Below are positions 1 through 10,842 of a stretch of DNA of 64,000 bases, piece by piece; positions within the stretch are counted from its first letter, which is position 1; each line of letters starts with the position of its first letter. Origin of the DNA: Octopus sinensis (taxonomy: Eukaryota); NCBI RefSeq assembly GCF_006345805.1, contig NW_021825323.1, forward strand, positions 434,001-498,000. Reading direction: 5' to 3'. Below the pieces are notes generated by a model. That model was not told the origin of the DNA, searched no databases, and was given only the letters and a program-made list of their open reading frames with translations. A program made the translations under genes and the position numbers.

Positions 1-210
1 CCTTAATATATTCGACAATGAATACTTTTCATAAGTGTTCGGATCAACTTTCCATAAACCACGTTCAGGAATATAATGAACCGGCTCGGGTTGCTTGGTG
101 TATCTTTCAAACAATAAATTCTGATAAAAATGAGGGAGCTTGGGCAAAATCTGCCTTTCCTCCACAGTAAGACGCGATAAGAAGTATTTAGACCATAAAA
201 TCTTAGACAT
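1..210 (-). CDS. MRPL28: Mitochondrial ribosomal protein bL28m, first exon (26-210); gene continues off the window
   Basis: ATG at 210 gives MSKILWSKYFLSRLTVEERQILPKLPHFYQNLLFERYTKQPEPVHYIPERGLWKVDPNTYEK, then a 24-nt GT-AG intron (25-2). The LP..Y...PxxVHYxP..G.W pattern matches animal MRPL28 N-termini as recalled. Confidence 0.7.
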   Translation of the reverse strand, partial: MSKILWSKYFLSRLTVEERQILPKLPHFYQNLLFERYTKQPEPVHYIPERGLWKVDPNTYEKYSLSNILR

Positions 211-503
211 TATCACACTACACAAAGCATGACACTAAAATTTTTAAAACTTATTAGAGAATATTAATAATTAATTATCAAATTAATAGTCATTGATTAT
301 TTCAAAAAGCAAACATTTAGCGTGACACATCAATTCATAGTGATCATGTTATCAAATGAAGCGATAAATACCATAAATCAAATCAAATTCATAAATTAAA
401 TTATTTTTATTAAATATAATATTAGTTTAAAAAGATTTTCAAATAGGTGAACTTACGAAAATGAATAATAATAATAAAATATAAGTCAGAATTGAGTTGT
501 GTA
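211..503. promoter_or_regulatory. Probable bidirectional promoter between divergent MRPL28 and UBE2H
   Basis: 293-bp AT-rich spacer between head-to-head start codons; inferred from position only. Confidence 0.4.
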
Positions 504-1189
504 ATGCCAGTTGTCGTAAGCTCGCCTCCAAGAAATAAACATCGAATTGAAAAGGACATAATCGTGCTGTACTTTTTAAAACTCAATCGCCTAGCATAGA
601 AAACGGATACGAGGTCTACTTCCACAAAGAGGCAACGAATCGAGAAGGCCCTTCATTCTCAGTAAAATTCCTGGGACCTGAAGAATGTAATTGCGTGCGC
701 GATGACGCAATAATAATACTTATTTGATTAGCCAACTACCGAGGCGGAGTTTGGTACGTCCGGGTTGAAATTCCTTTGGAGTATCCTCTGAAGTCTCCTT
801 CGATTGGGTTCTCAAATCGTATCTATCATCCCAACATTGATGAATTGTATGTTTTTTAACTCACAGCAGGTCAGGGACAGTGTGCCTCGACGTTCTTAAC
901 CAAACCTGGACGTCAATTTACGGTATGCCATCAGAACTATACTCCAGATCTTTCTAATGTGTTTGGATCTTTCCTCCCTCAGCTACTGCTGTATCCAAAC
1001 CCAATTGACCCACTAAACGGGGATGCAGCAAATCTGTTCATGAATCAGCCCGAACAGTACAGCAAGAAAGTGCGAGAGTACGTTCAGCTCTATGCTTGCG
1101 AGGAAACTAAACCTCCATCGAAGCACGGTGACTCTGACCAGGAGAGTATTGTCAGTCCTGTCCACTCCCAAGACGAAATGGATATCTAA
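504..1189 (+). CDS. UBE2H: Ubiquitin-conjugating enzyme E2 H (Ubc8), 5 exons
   Basis: Removing introns 569-594, 687-731, 847-869 and 923-947 (26, 45, 23, 25 nt, GT-AG) gives [77 protein letters not shown], with HPN and the active-site Cys. Confidence 0.93.
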
Positions 1190-2289
1190 TTTTTTTCCTT
1201 TTCAAATACTAATCTCTATATGTTTTCCGAGGTGTATATCGCGTGATGTGGTCGACTATTTTTTATTGATTGTCTTTTTGCGATCAATACCATTTATTTG
1301 CGAATTCCAATAAACTCAGGCCGGTCACCATTATTAATCAATTTTGAAAGACCGTGTTCCTCTAATATGTAACATAATCTAATTAGTTAAGTAATAAATA
1401 ATCTATTATGGACAAGAAGGAGCAAATATGAACTGTTATGATTTTTTTCTCCTTATCAACAGCACTTGTTCACAAAATAATAGCCTGCTTATATAAAATT
1501 GCACATTTATTATGCGAGTTTGTTATACTGACTAGATAAATTTGATTACAAAACCGCATTGTATGTTTTTTCTTTGTGGTTTTTCCAGATTTTTTAATGG
1601 ACCGGGTGTGATTTATCTTACACACAATTGGCTCAAAAAGAAATAGCAGGACTTAATAAATTTTAATATTCTGCATGTTTAGCCATAAGATATAAAGTAT
1701 TTTTATTTTAGCTCCATTATATTTCTTGGTCTTCATTTTCTTATCTTTATTTTCCAAGTTTTTTATAATTTTTATTCTGGTATTCTTTAACCATTAAGTT
1801 GCAATTTTTGTGTAATTTTCGGATCTTTATTATTTCGGAACGTCAATTCCTTCTTAACTCTAGTTTAGTTTGTAAATGAAATTAAGCATTCGTTCAAAAT
1901 TTCAAAATGTTATTAAAAACTGTGTTTTCTGTCAGATGCAATAATTGAAATACGACAATTAGTCAAAAAGATTGAAAAAGTGACAAAAACCAAGAACTAA
2001 TTCCTGATCACTTTATAAATACTTGTCACCTCGATTGTTTATGTATAAGATTTTAGAGTCGTTAAAAGTCGCTATTTTGAAATTATAAATGCATAGTCTA
2101 ATCACTTTGAAACCTATAGAATCGGCTCAAGAAAAATTTTATTGCTGATATAATTTCACTCATGAATAAATCAATTATGAACATATACTAACGTCATATA
2201 AAAACGATTACATTTAGAGGCAAATTTAATAAATCTTTTGCGTAGTTTTAGCAAACTAATAAAATTAAGAAGCAGTTTTTAATGAATTA

Positions 2290-3257
2290 CAGTCAACCAT
2301 CGTTAATCCAAAAAATTCAAATCAACTTTCCCTTCGGATTATATAGAAATCTAAAATTTATATGATTATTAGATAAATGATCAAATTAATGATTAAATTA
2401 CTAATCTGTTTATAAACACAATTATTTATTGAAAAATCGAATAAAGTTCATTGCATTAATTTTTGCAAATCATCCGAGATGTGTTTCAAATTTTTTATTG
2501 TATCGTTGGTTATATGTTGAGAAAAGCAATTCAAAAAAACTTGATTTACTGACAATTTGAATTGAATCAAATAAAGTGGTTGGGCTAATATCGTAATTCT
2601 GATCGACCTGGCCATCTTCAGCATTAAGTATGATATCTTCAACAGTGTATTCTTCTTGAAACAATGCAATGATTTCATCGTAATCGATGGCTTTTTCTGT
2701 TTGAAGCATATCTTCTTCAATTATAATTTGGTCTACCTCATTATTGTGTGCCTCAATAATTGGATCTGGGGACAACTCTACTTCATCAGAAGACTCATCA
2801 AGACCTTGAATAATTCCAACTTTTTTAAAACAATTACTGATGGTTTCCTGTTTCACACTTGCCCAAGCTTCGTGAAATAACAATATTGCGTGTCTAAGAT
2901 TAACAAAAAAGTCTAATGATTGATCAAGCGAGTTCATATAATTAACAACTAACTTTTTTCTGTAATGATGCTTTAGATTTTTATTATTCCTGCATCCATT
3001 TGTTGAAGATGAGCAGTTGAGTTCTTTGAAAGCTTATAACTTCAATGTTTGGAAAATTGTTCTTCAAAACGTGACTTTCGCGGTATCAAGAAGCAAATAA
3101 AACTTTTTGTTATATTCCTTCAGCTCATCATTAAGTAGCAGCATCATGCAATTAAACAAATAACTGGTCATTTTGTCTATGTGCTAAAACATCAGCATGA
3201 TTAATTGAATTTGCTTCTTCTTGAAGAACTTTCAATTACAAATTGAACCGATCTTTG
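2290..3257 (-). mobile_element. pogo/Tigger-like transposase remnant (C-terminal DDE region)
   Basis: STAHLQ.MDAGII..LKHHYRK and NLRHAILLFHEAWASVKQETISNCFKKVG motifs; TA-CAGTC terminal sequence at about 2288-2315. Confidence 0.75.
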
Positions 3258-3276
3258 AATCTATATAGCCACTTCA

Positions 3277-3376
3277 GTTCTTTTTCTAACCATAGAATTA
3301 CGAAAAGCGTGCTGTTAATTAAATTTGAAAAAATTAATTACAAAAAATTAATCAACAAAATTATTTTTTTAATAAT
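3277..3376 (+). mobile_element. 100-bp 5'-truncated retro-insertion with 19-bp target-site duplication
   Basis: AATCTATATAGCCACTTCA at 3258-3276 and 3377-3395; insert ends in T-run plus TAATAAT. Confidence 0.55.
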
Positions 3377-3397
3377 AATCTATATAGCCACTTCAAT

Positions 3398-3560
3398 CCT
3401 CTGAGGTCCTAGAGAAGATAATTAGATAATGTTTGGGTGGCAGGTAAGGCGGTAAGTCTTAGCTTGTGGCTGAGAGGCGAGCGTATGTGCTGGACTGAAA
3501 AGGCAGGAATGCCGAAGGTCTTTATTTACCCTCTACTAACAGCCTCTATTTAAATAAATA
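3398..3560 (+). mobile_element. 3' end fragment of the Jockey/I-like LINE (family B)
   Basis: Closely matches the reverse complement of 22545-22685. Confidence 0.85.
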
Positions 3561-4269
3561 TTTTTCTTCTTTTTCTTCCCTCTTCGTACTGTATATGATT
3601 TTTTTCTTTTTATTGATAGTTTCAGACTCTCGAATTTCTTGTAAACAAATTTCGTCTACATTTTGATCTTCTGTGTATTTTATATTTAAAAAGTCTTCAC
3701 TCATGTAAAATCACAAATATCAGTTCTTTTAATTTCAGTCTTATAATGTTCAATTATTGGATTTTCGTGATTAGTCGACGCCAATTTTTAAGGGTTCACT
3801 GTATTTTATAAATCTAAATCCGAACGATAACTGCGTTGAACTCTGATTATAAAAATATTGGATACCCGTTAATCATGCCTATCGATTTTGGATTATTGAC
3901 TGGCATTAATGTATCCAAAATTTTTAGAAAATAAAAAATCCAATAAAAAAGTATCAAACCAAAACCTTGAGTTTAGGTCCTAGACCATAGTTGAGGAACT
4001 TTTTCGTCCCTATGGCCATTCAAAAAATTATAGCCCCAAATAATGGCCGAACAATTAAAAAATTTCGATTGAATTTTTATGTTCAAAAGGCTAGATTTGG
4101 GTAGATAAAAAGAAGCTAATTTGTAATTATCACTTTCCTCGCAAGAAAAAGTTATATTCATCAATAATAATTTCCCCGTTGCTCCCTACGGTGTTGTGGG
4201 ACCCATTTTGGGAAATTCTTAATGTTGCTATTTCTGTCCTTCAAAACTCCCAGGTAACAACGATACACA

Positions 4270-4770
4270 GCGCAACCATCTAGACATTTTGTATCTTTCA
4301 CATAATCTTTCCGTAGGTCCGGAACTCAACTACAACAAGTCGGCGACTAACGCCCGTATGTGTGGTGACTTAGTCAGTCTTGAGTATATTGGTGTGATTG
4401 AGAGTTCAGCCTTATTAATCACACCTGAAACAAAAAAGTTTGTAGTGAAGGCTGTGCGTAGAAGGGTCACAATGTTATGCAAAACTTGCCTCAATGCGAG
4501 GAACATATTCCTTGCCTTGAACAAATAAGCGATCTCATTGCTAAGATAAGTCGTTACAGGCTTATATGCAGTATCTTGTTTGATGCTCACCGATCAAGTC
4601 CTCTCCTAACATTTAGTCGGCGAAAGGCGCCGGACTCCACCTTCTCTGAGGTTTACAGAGTCAGAGAAGAGGATGAGGAAGGGAAAAAGGTGTGTGGAGT
4701 GCCAATCTTTCTCATTTTGAAAACTTAGGAATTGGTTAGGCAATTAATCAGTTAATTAATTTTTTTATTG
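4270..4770 (+). mobile_element. Internally deleted copy of the R4/Dong-like retrotransposon
   Basis: Matches 12610-12965 joined to 14005-14250 (ELNYNKSATN..., 3' end). Confidence 0.85.
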
Positions 4771-5684
4771 TTAAGTGTCAAAATGACATTCCATTTTATG
4801 ATTGATGTTTACACAAAATTTGCGATCCAGTTCGGAATTTTGGAGTGATCAAGAATTTATGATTGACAGAGTCAAGTCCTCTTCGAATAAGTTATTTTCA
4901 TACTCACTATTGACACACTGGTTTATTACTGCTCATTCCTTTGCGCAGTGATACTGCCTTCTAGATTTCAGTTGATTATTCGAAATAAGGTTAAGCGCTT
5001 TAATATAGTATGTAAGTTTTGTATTTACACATTTAGTGAAAAGATAATTGGCCTTAAATCATTTGGGAAATGCTATTCTGTTGAGTCATAGAACTTTTTA
5101 AATAGAAAGTTAAATTTAAGCATGCATTTTCACTAAGAATTCATTTTTTAATGTTTTGGCGACAATTAAAGAATAGATTTCATTGTTAAACATTTTAGAA
5201 TTTGGGTCTATTATCAGGTTTCTTTGTTTTGACTTAATTACGTAAAGTTCCCCATCAATCTGGTTTTTGCAAATATAAATCTAAATGAAAATTACAAAAA
5301 TTGTTGAAATTGAAATATTAAATATATCTTACTTCTTTATTGATTCCTATGTCGAGAGGGCAGATTTTTGTGAAAATGCCGATATTTTCATTTCTAGTAA
5401 ATTGTGTATGTTTTTCTGTACCTTTCGAAAGTCGAATTCATAAATAATTTGCTAGAAATAATTTTTTGTGATTTGAAATGTTTTGATATTGGAGTGTAGG
5501 AGGACATGAAAATTTTTAAATTCAGAAACGCAATTTTTTTATTTTCAGCAGGATTTCTATAAGTGGTTTTCTGGAATATTAAAAAATGAGCAGCTGACCA
5601 TTTGATTATCGTTGTTTCTATTTAAATTTTCATTTTATAATGAATCTGAATTTTTGCTTACTAACATTTTTCCTCAAAATAATT

Positions 5685-6325
5685 AGTATTGGACAGAGGG
5701 GACGGCAAACGCCCGGACGGGATGACCACCTTCCCATTCCGGAATGGCAATTGCCTGATCTGGGACGCCACGTGCGCAGACACATGGTCCCCATCCGCTC
5801 TACCGTCATCTGCTTCTTCTTCCGGGTCGGTCGCGGCCGTGGCGGAAGCCCGCAAAGTGGAAAAATACAAGAATCTTGCCACTTGGCATTCCTTCGTGCC
5901 TGTGGCTCTTGAGACATCAGGCGCTTCCGTCCGCAGACCTCATGCTTCTTAAAAGACCTCGGTATCCTCATCGCTCGGAAGAAGATGGATGCTCGCGAGT
6001 CCTCTTGGTTGAGGCAGAGGATCTCACTCACAATCGTGCGCGGGAACGCGCAAGCAATCCGTTTGGCTGGATTAATTTAGTTAACTGACAATTGTTTTGT
6101 TATTAAATCGGTTATAAAATCAAAAAAAAAAAAAAAATAGTCATGATATTTTTTTGCAAAATCTTATTATTTTACATATAATTTTCATAGTTATTTTTTA
6201 AATTGTAAATTCTAAAAGACGACGAGAGCCTCGGGAGAAGCAATGGCTGTTCCAAAGAAACTCCATTGTGATCCTGAGGGGAAACGTTTTCTCGATTATT
6301 AGCAGTTTTAGATCTCAACTACTTT
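5685..6325 (+). mobile_element. Two 3' fragments of CRE-like RLE non-LTR retrotransposons
   Basis: [30 protein letters not shown] and KVEKYKNL..FVPVALETSG motifs; poly(A) at 6122-6137; second fragment at 6217-6325 (REKQWLFQR...LRGN). Confidence 0.8.
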
Positions 6326-7382
6326 AATCTGTTTCATACAAAATTATCTTTGTAATTTCTAATGTTTATAAGTTATAAGTAAATTCAAAATAGTACAGAA
6401 TAGAATTTCGTTTCTTTAAGTCAGGGATGCGCAAGCTTTTTGGGTTTGCGGCCGCATAGCATTTTTTTTCTTTCTCTTCCACGGCCGCACATTTTCTGCA
6501 TTATTTTTTTGATATTAATATAGTAATTTTTTTAATTATTAAAAGTGACCGCATAAGTTGCCCATTGTCATCAAGACCGAATGAGTTCTTGGACAGGAAA
6601 TGCTCTCGTTCATCAGGGACATCATATTATTAAAATAAATAATTATTTCATGCACAAAAGATAAGAAAGAAGGAAAATTAATTAAAAGAAATGTATTATA
6701 CAAATTATTCTAATGACGCCCAGGATCTTTGGTATTTTTTGCGAGCTTATTGAAATCCACTGGTAGGGTAGATATCATTATGCGCAAACATGACTCTAAG
6801 TTTGCATCCGTTATCCGAGATCTATATTGACTTTTTAAATATTTCATTTTAAAAAATGTGAACTCACATAAATATGTGCTTCCGAATAAAACGAGAATTT
6901 GGATAATCTGTCGCTGATTTCCATACATTCAACAAATCTTCGCTTTCATTAAATTTATTTATCAAAATTAAATCATTTTTTAATTTCAATAATTCAATTT
7001 GAAATTCCAATGGCGCATTCTCAATCGAAACAGTATGTGGTGCTGCAGTTAATTGAAGTTTGAGTTCAATTTTTTTAAATTCGTTTAATCGCTCTTCAAA
7101 TTGTTTCAAAATATAATTGAATATAGTATTAAATGTATTTGGTGTAAGATCGTCATAATTAATTATTTTGTCATCAATGAGATTTTTGACTTTTTGAAAA
7201 TGAAATAATTCATTTTTTTCTATGTGAATCTTCAGTAGGCGGCATGTATCTATAAAATCGTTAATTTTTATACATTCGACAAATTGTTTGGTCTTTACCT
7301 TGAAAGATATATTCAAATTATTGATATACATTCAAATTATGTATGTGAGTACATGCAACGTGCTACTATCTATGCTTTTAGC

Positions 7383-7451
7383 GCGCGTCATGTGGTTCAC
7401 CTTTTCTGGTGGCGCCGGATACAGTCCTAAACGGTATCTAAAAAGAACCAT
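7383..7451 (+). ncRNA. Candidate HDV-like self-cleaving ribozyme (imperfect)
   Basis: P1 GCGTC/GGCGC, P2 TGGTTC/GAACCA, P3 ACC/GGT, GG junction, P4 ATAC/GTAT, then C-T-A-A. Deviations: L3 is 6 nt, P1 is short, J4/2 has 3 extra A. Confidence 0.45.
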
Positions 7452-7488
7452 TCGCTCCCCGCCAACCAGAGGACTTCCCCCTGGACGG

Positions 7489-7563
7489 CATCTTCTCAAC
7501 GCTGGCACTTACTATCGATTGTTGCTGTTGACCTCAGGTGACGTGGAACAGAATCCCGGTCCA
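7489..7563 (+). other. 2A-like ribosomal stop-go peptide
   Basis: HLLNAGTYYRLLLLTSGDVEQNPGP matches D(V/I)ExNPG/P exactly and lies in frame directly before the APE domain. Confidence 0.92.
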
Positions 7564-7675
7564 AAGCTAACAATACAATGCCTGAATATTGACGGGATTC
7601 GAGGAAAGACGGCGGAACTTGCCAGTTTTTTGGAGGAGAACCGAATAGATATCTGTCTTCTCCAAGAGACGAAAC

Positions 7676-8204
7676 GGTACATATGTAGTAGTTGGCGGCC
7701 ACTTTTTAGCGAATTTTAAAAAAACTATATTTTTTTTGGTGAATAATTACCTTTTTTAAATAATATTACTATAAAAAAATTAATTATTTTTATACAAAAT
7801 TATTAATTATTTTTTTTATTTTAGTTTTGATTCTGGGGGACAATGTAAGGCAATGCACTCCATGATTGTTTCAAATTCTTTCTTTTTGGCTGTCTGTCGC
7901 CAAATGAACTCCGTAAAATAACTATTAAGGTGTTGTCTGACTGTTCCCCTTTGTTTTCTATTACGCCTTTGGCGCTACTACTCCACATTCTAAGATGATT
8001 CCTCTGGATTGCATGAAATTGATAGCTTCTGACATATTTGTGGGTAGATTGAATAGATTGACCTCACTTCTCTTTAAATTAAAGTAGCGTGGGATTTTAT
8101 TATTTTTAATTGTATTTTTTTAATTATATATTTTTTTTAACTAAAAAAAATATAGTTTTTTTTAAAATTCGCTAAAAGTGGCCGCCAACTACTACATATG
8201 TACC
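7676..8204 (-). mobile_element. Merlin (IS1595/ISXO2-like) internally deleted element
   Basis: About 60-bp TIRs starting GGTACATATGTAGTAGTTGGCGGCC; imperfect 9-bp TSD AGACGAAAC/ACGACGAAC; residual RNRKQRGTVRQHLNSYFTEFIWR. Confidence 0.85.
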
Positions 8205-10842
8205 ACGACGAACTTTCGAAACGGATCCCTACTCCTCTTTTTGCTGGATATGATGCACTACGATGTGACCGCGAGTCGGAGCATGGAGGGGGTCTACTGA
8301 CCCTTATAAAAAGAGGAATAAAATATTTCGAGAATCCCTTACCGTATACAAGCCTAAAGAAGGACTCCAACACCAAAATAATTGGAATCTCACTTATGAC
8401 CTCCTACGGAAGACTTGAATCGCCAATGTCTACGTACCTCCCCCAGGTTCATGCAAGAAGGGCTATCGTTTTGACCCATCAAGCCTTGATAAATTGGATA
8501 ACTTACTCTTATGCGGAGATCTGAACGCGAAGCATCCCGCTTGGTTCAGATATCAGACTGCCGATGCCAGAGGAAACCTTTTGATATCGCAATTGCAGAA
8601 GTTAATAATCCTTAACAACCCGAAAAAGAACACTCGAACACCCTACAACTCTAAGGACACGAGGACATCGCCAGATCTATCAATCTGCTCACCTCGCCTT
8701 TCCCCTATCATCAAGTGGTCGGTCCGCTATGATCTCCGAAGTGACCACCACTCAATGATAATGAGAATGAACTGTTCTCCATCTCATACTGAAACCAACT
8801 TATTTCTATGATTACGAAAACGCAGATTGGAATGCTTTCGCAAACTACGTCGATTCAAGACTCCAGAACTTTCACCCTAAGATTTTTCTTCCTTGGACAG
8901 GGCAGTGGAAAGCTTCAACAAAACTATCATAGATGCAAGAAAGTTGATTATCAGAAGAGCATGTATAAGAAGTGGGAGCTCAAAATATGACTCAAGAACG
9001 AAAAAACTAATCAGAGAAAAACCAGCCTCAAGAAAAGAAAGTATCGACCCAAAGTAATCATCGATCGAATCAGGGCTCTAAACATGCTTATTACGAATAA
9101 TACCAACCAAGTCCAAAGGAAGAAGCTCAGCCGAATCTCTAGAGCCATGAATAACAAGCCTCTATTTCGGCCATGTGGACGATGTTGAGACGCTTAAAGA
9201 ATCCTGACGAGCGTAAAACAGAAACATACCAGCTCAATCTAAACAATTTTATGAAACACTGTGTCAAGATTAGTCATATTTCTTATAAAAAAATGAACTC
9301 ACAGTCAAGATTAAAATCAAAGCCATCCAAAACCCCCGACGACTTATTTTCTTCCTGAAGAGGTGTCTGAAACAATCTCGAATCAGAAGAAAACAAACTC
9401 ATGTGGACCGGATGGAATTCCACTTATTCTACTAAAACACTTGGGCCCAGTTTCAATAAATGCTTTAACCACGATCTATAACACATCATTATTCACGAAC
9501 TCTATACCGAACTTATGGAAACTATCAAAAATCCGGCCAATATTAAAACCTGGAAGACCGAAAAACGACCCCGGCTCCTATAGACCAATATCCCTTATAT
9601 GTGTGCTGTCAAGAATCTTAGAAAAACTGGTCCTAAAACATATTCGCCCTTTCCTCCCACAATCCACATTTCAACATGGATTCAAGGAAGGATTGTCAAC
9701 GACCTCCTTCCTCACCACACTAACAGATTTCATAAATGAAGGACACAAAAAGAAGAATTGCAGGAGAATCAATTGTATGCACTATCGACATTGAAAAAGC
9801 GTTTGACTCCGTCCCAAGGAAGATCCTAATTCAAAAGATATTTGGTACAAATATTTCTACACCTATGAAGCTATGGATAGCGAATTTTTTTGCGCGGACG
9901 TCGTGGGAAAGTGTGCGTCGGGAACGAGAGTTCAAGATCACGCTTTTTGCCCAATGGTGTACCCCAGGGTTCTCCTTTATCCCCGACCCTCTTCAACTTG
10001 TTTCTGAATGATCTCCCGGTTCCTATGGATAATAATGACATACTACTCTCCTATGCCGATGACATAGTTGTCGCATCAAGGGATGTAAATGTCGAATACG
10101 CGAAGGAAAGACTACAAAGAATACTGGACGAATTATATGGATGGCTATATGAAAACAGACTACATGCATGTTCCGAAAAGTCAGCAGTCACCCTATTCAC
10201 GAAAAACAGGAAGATGGGGACGAAAACTATTGAAGTCACGCTGAATGGAGTCCCAATACCACAAAAGAAAACACAGAAGATATTGGTGTAACGTTTGACA
10301 CTTTCCTCTGTTTCTCACCTCATGTTGAATCGATCGTGTCAACTTGTATAAAGAAAATCAATTTTGTGAAAGCCTTTCTTTCGAACTGTGGGAGAACTTG
10401 TCCGCCAGGGGTAGAGACCCTTTACAAGCAGTATATCGAGCCAACAATAGGCTATGCATGTGCTGCTTGGGGCTGTAACCTGGCGGCAACGAACCAACTA
10501 AAAATCGAGAAAATCCAAGAAAAATCCATAAACATACTGAAGGACCATACCGACATGAAAATTGTCCATCGAACACTGGAGTCTCTTGTAGAGGCAAGTG
10601 GGAGGGATCGTGGAGATGGACCACAAGCATTTCACCGTACATACAGAAAGTGTGTGGGGTCACGGTCTGAACATCGTGAAAAGATGGCTAGACTGTTGAG
10701 AAGTGTCGGAATCACCTGAACACGTTAGTTAATGGTTTAGACGGTGATTCTGTTTTTGGCTTAAATAATAATAATAATAATAACTATCTCGATGTGTGCT
10801 CTACCTGGACAACAAGAAACTAACATATTATTAATAATAATA

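Larger units (their letters stand above)
7355..10783 (+). mobile_element. Ingi/Vingi-like non-LTR retrotransposon (family A): 2A-APE-RT, no RNase H seen, (TAA)n tail; frameshifted
   Basis: APE motifs CLNIDGI..LQETK, GDLNAKH, SPDLS, SDHH; RT motifs YRPISL, QHGFK, GVPQGSPLSPTLFN, YADD; tail at 10762-10783; left TSD TGTATGTGAGTACAT at 7340-7354. Confidence 0.88.

Noticed and set aside
9203-9226. Hammerhead-like CTGACGA..GAAA
   Set aside because: Stem II cannot form and flanking stems are absent; it lies in LINE coding sequence.
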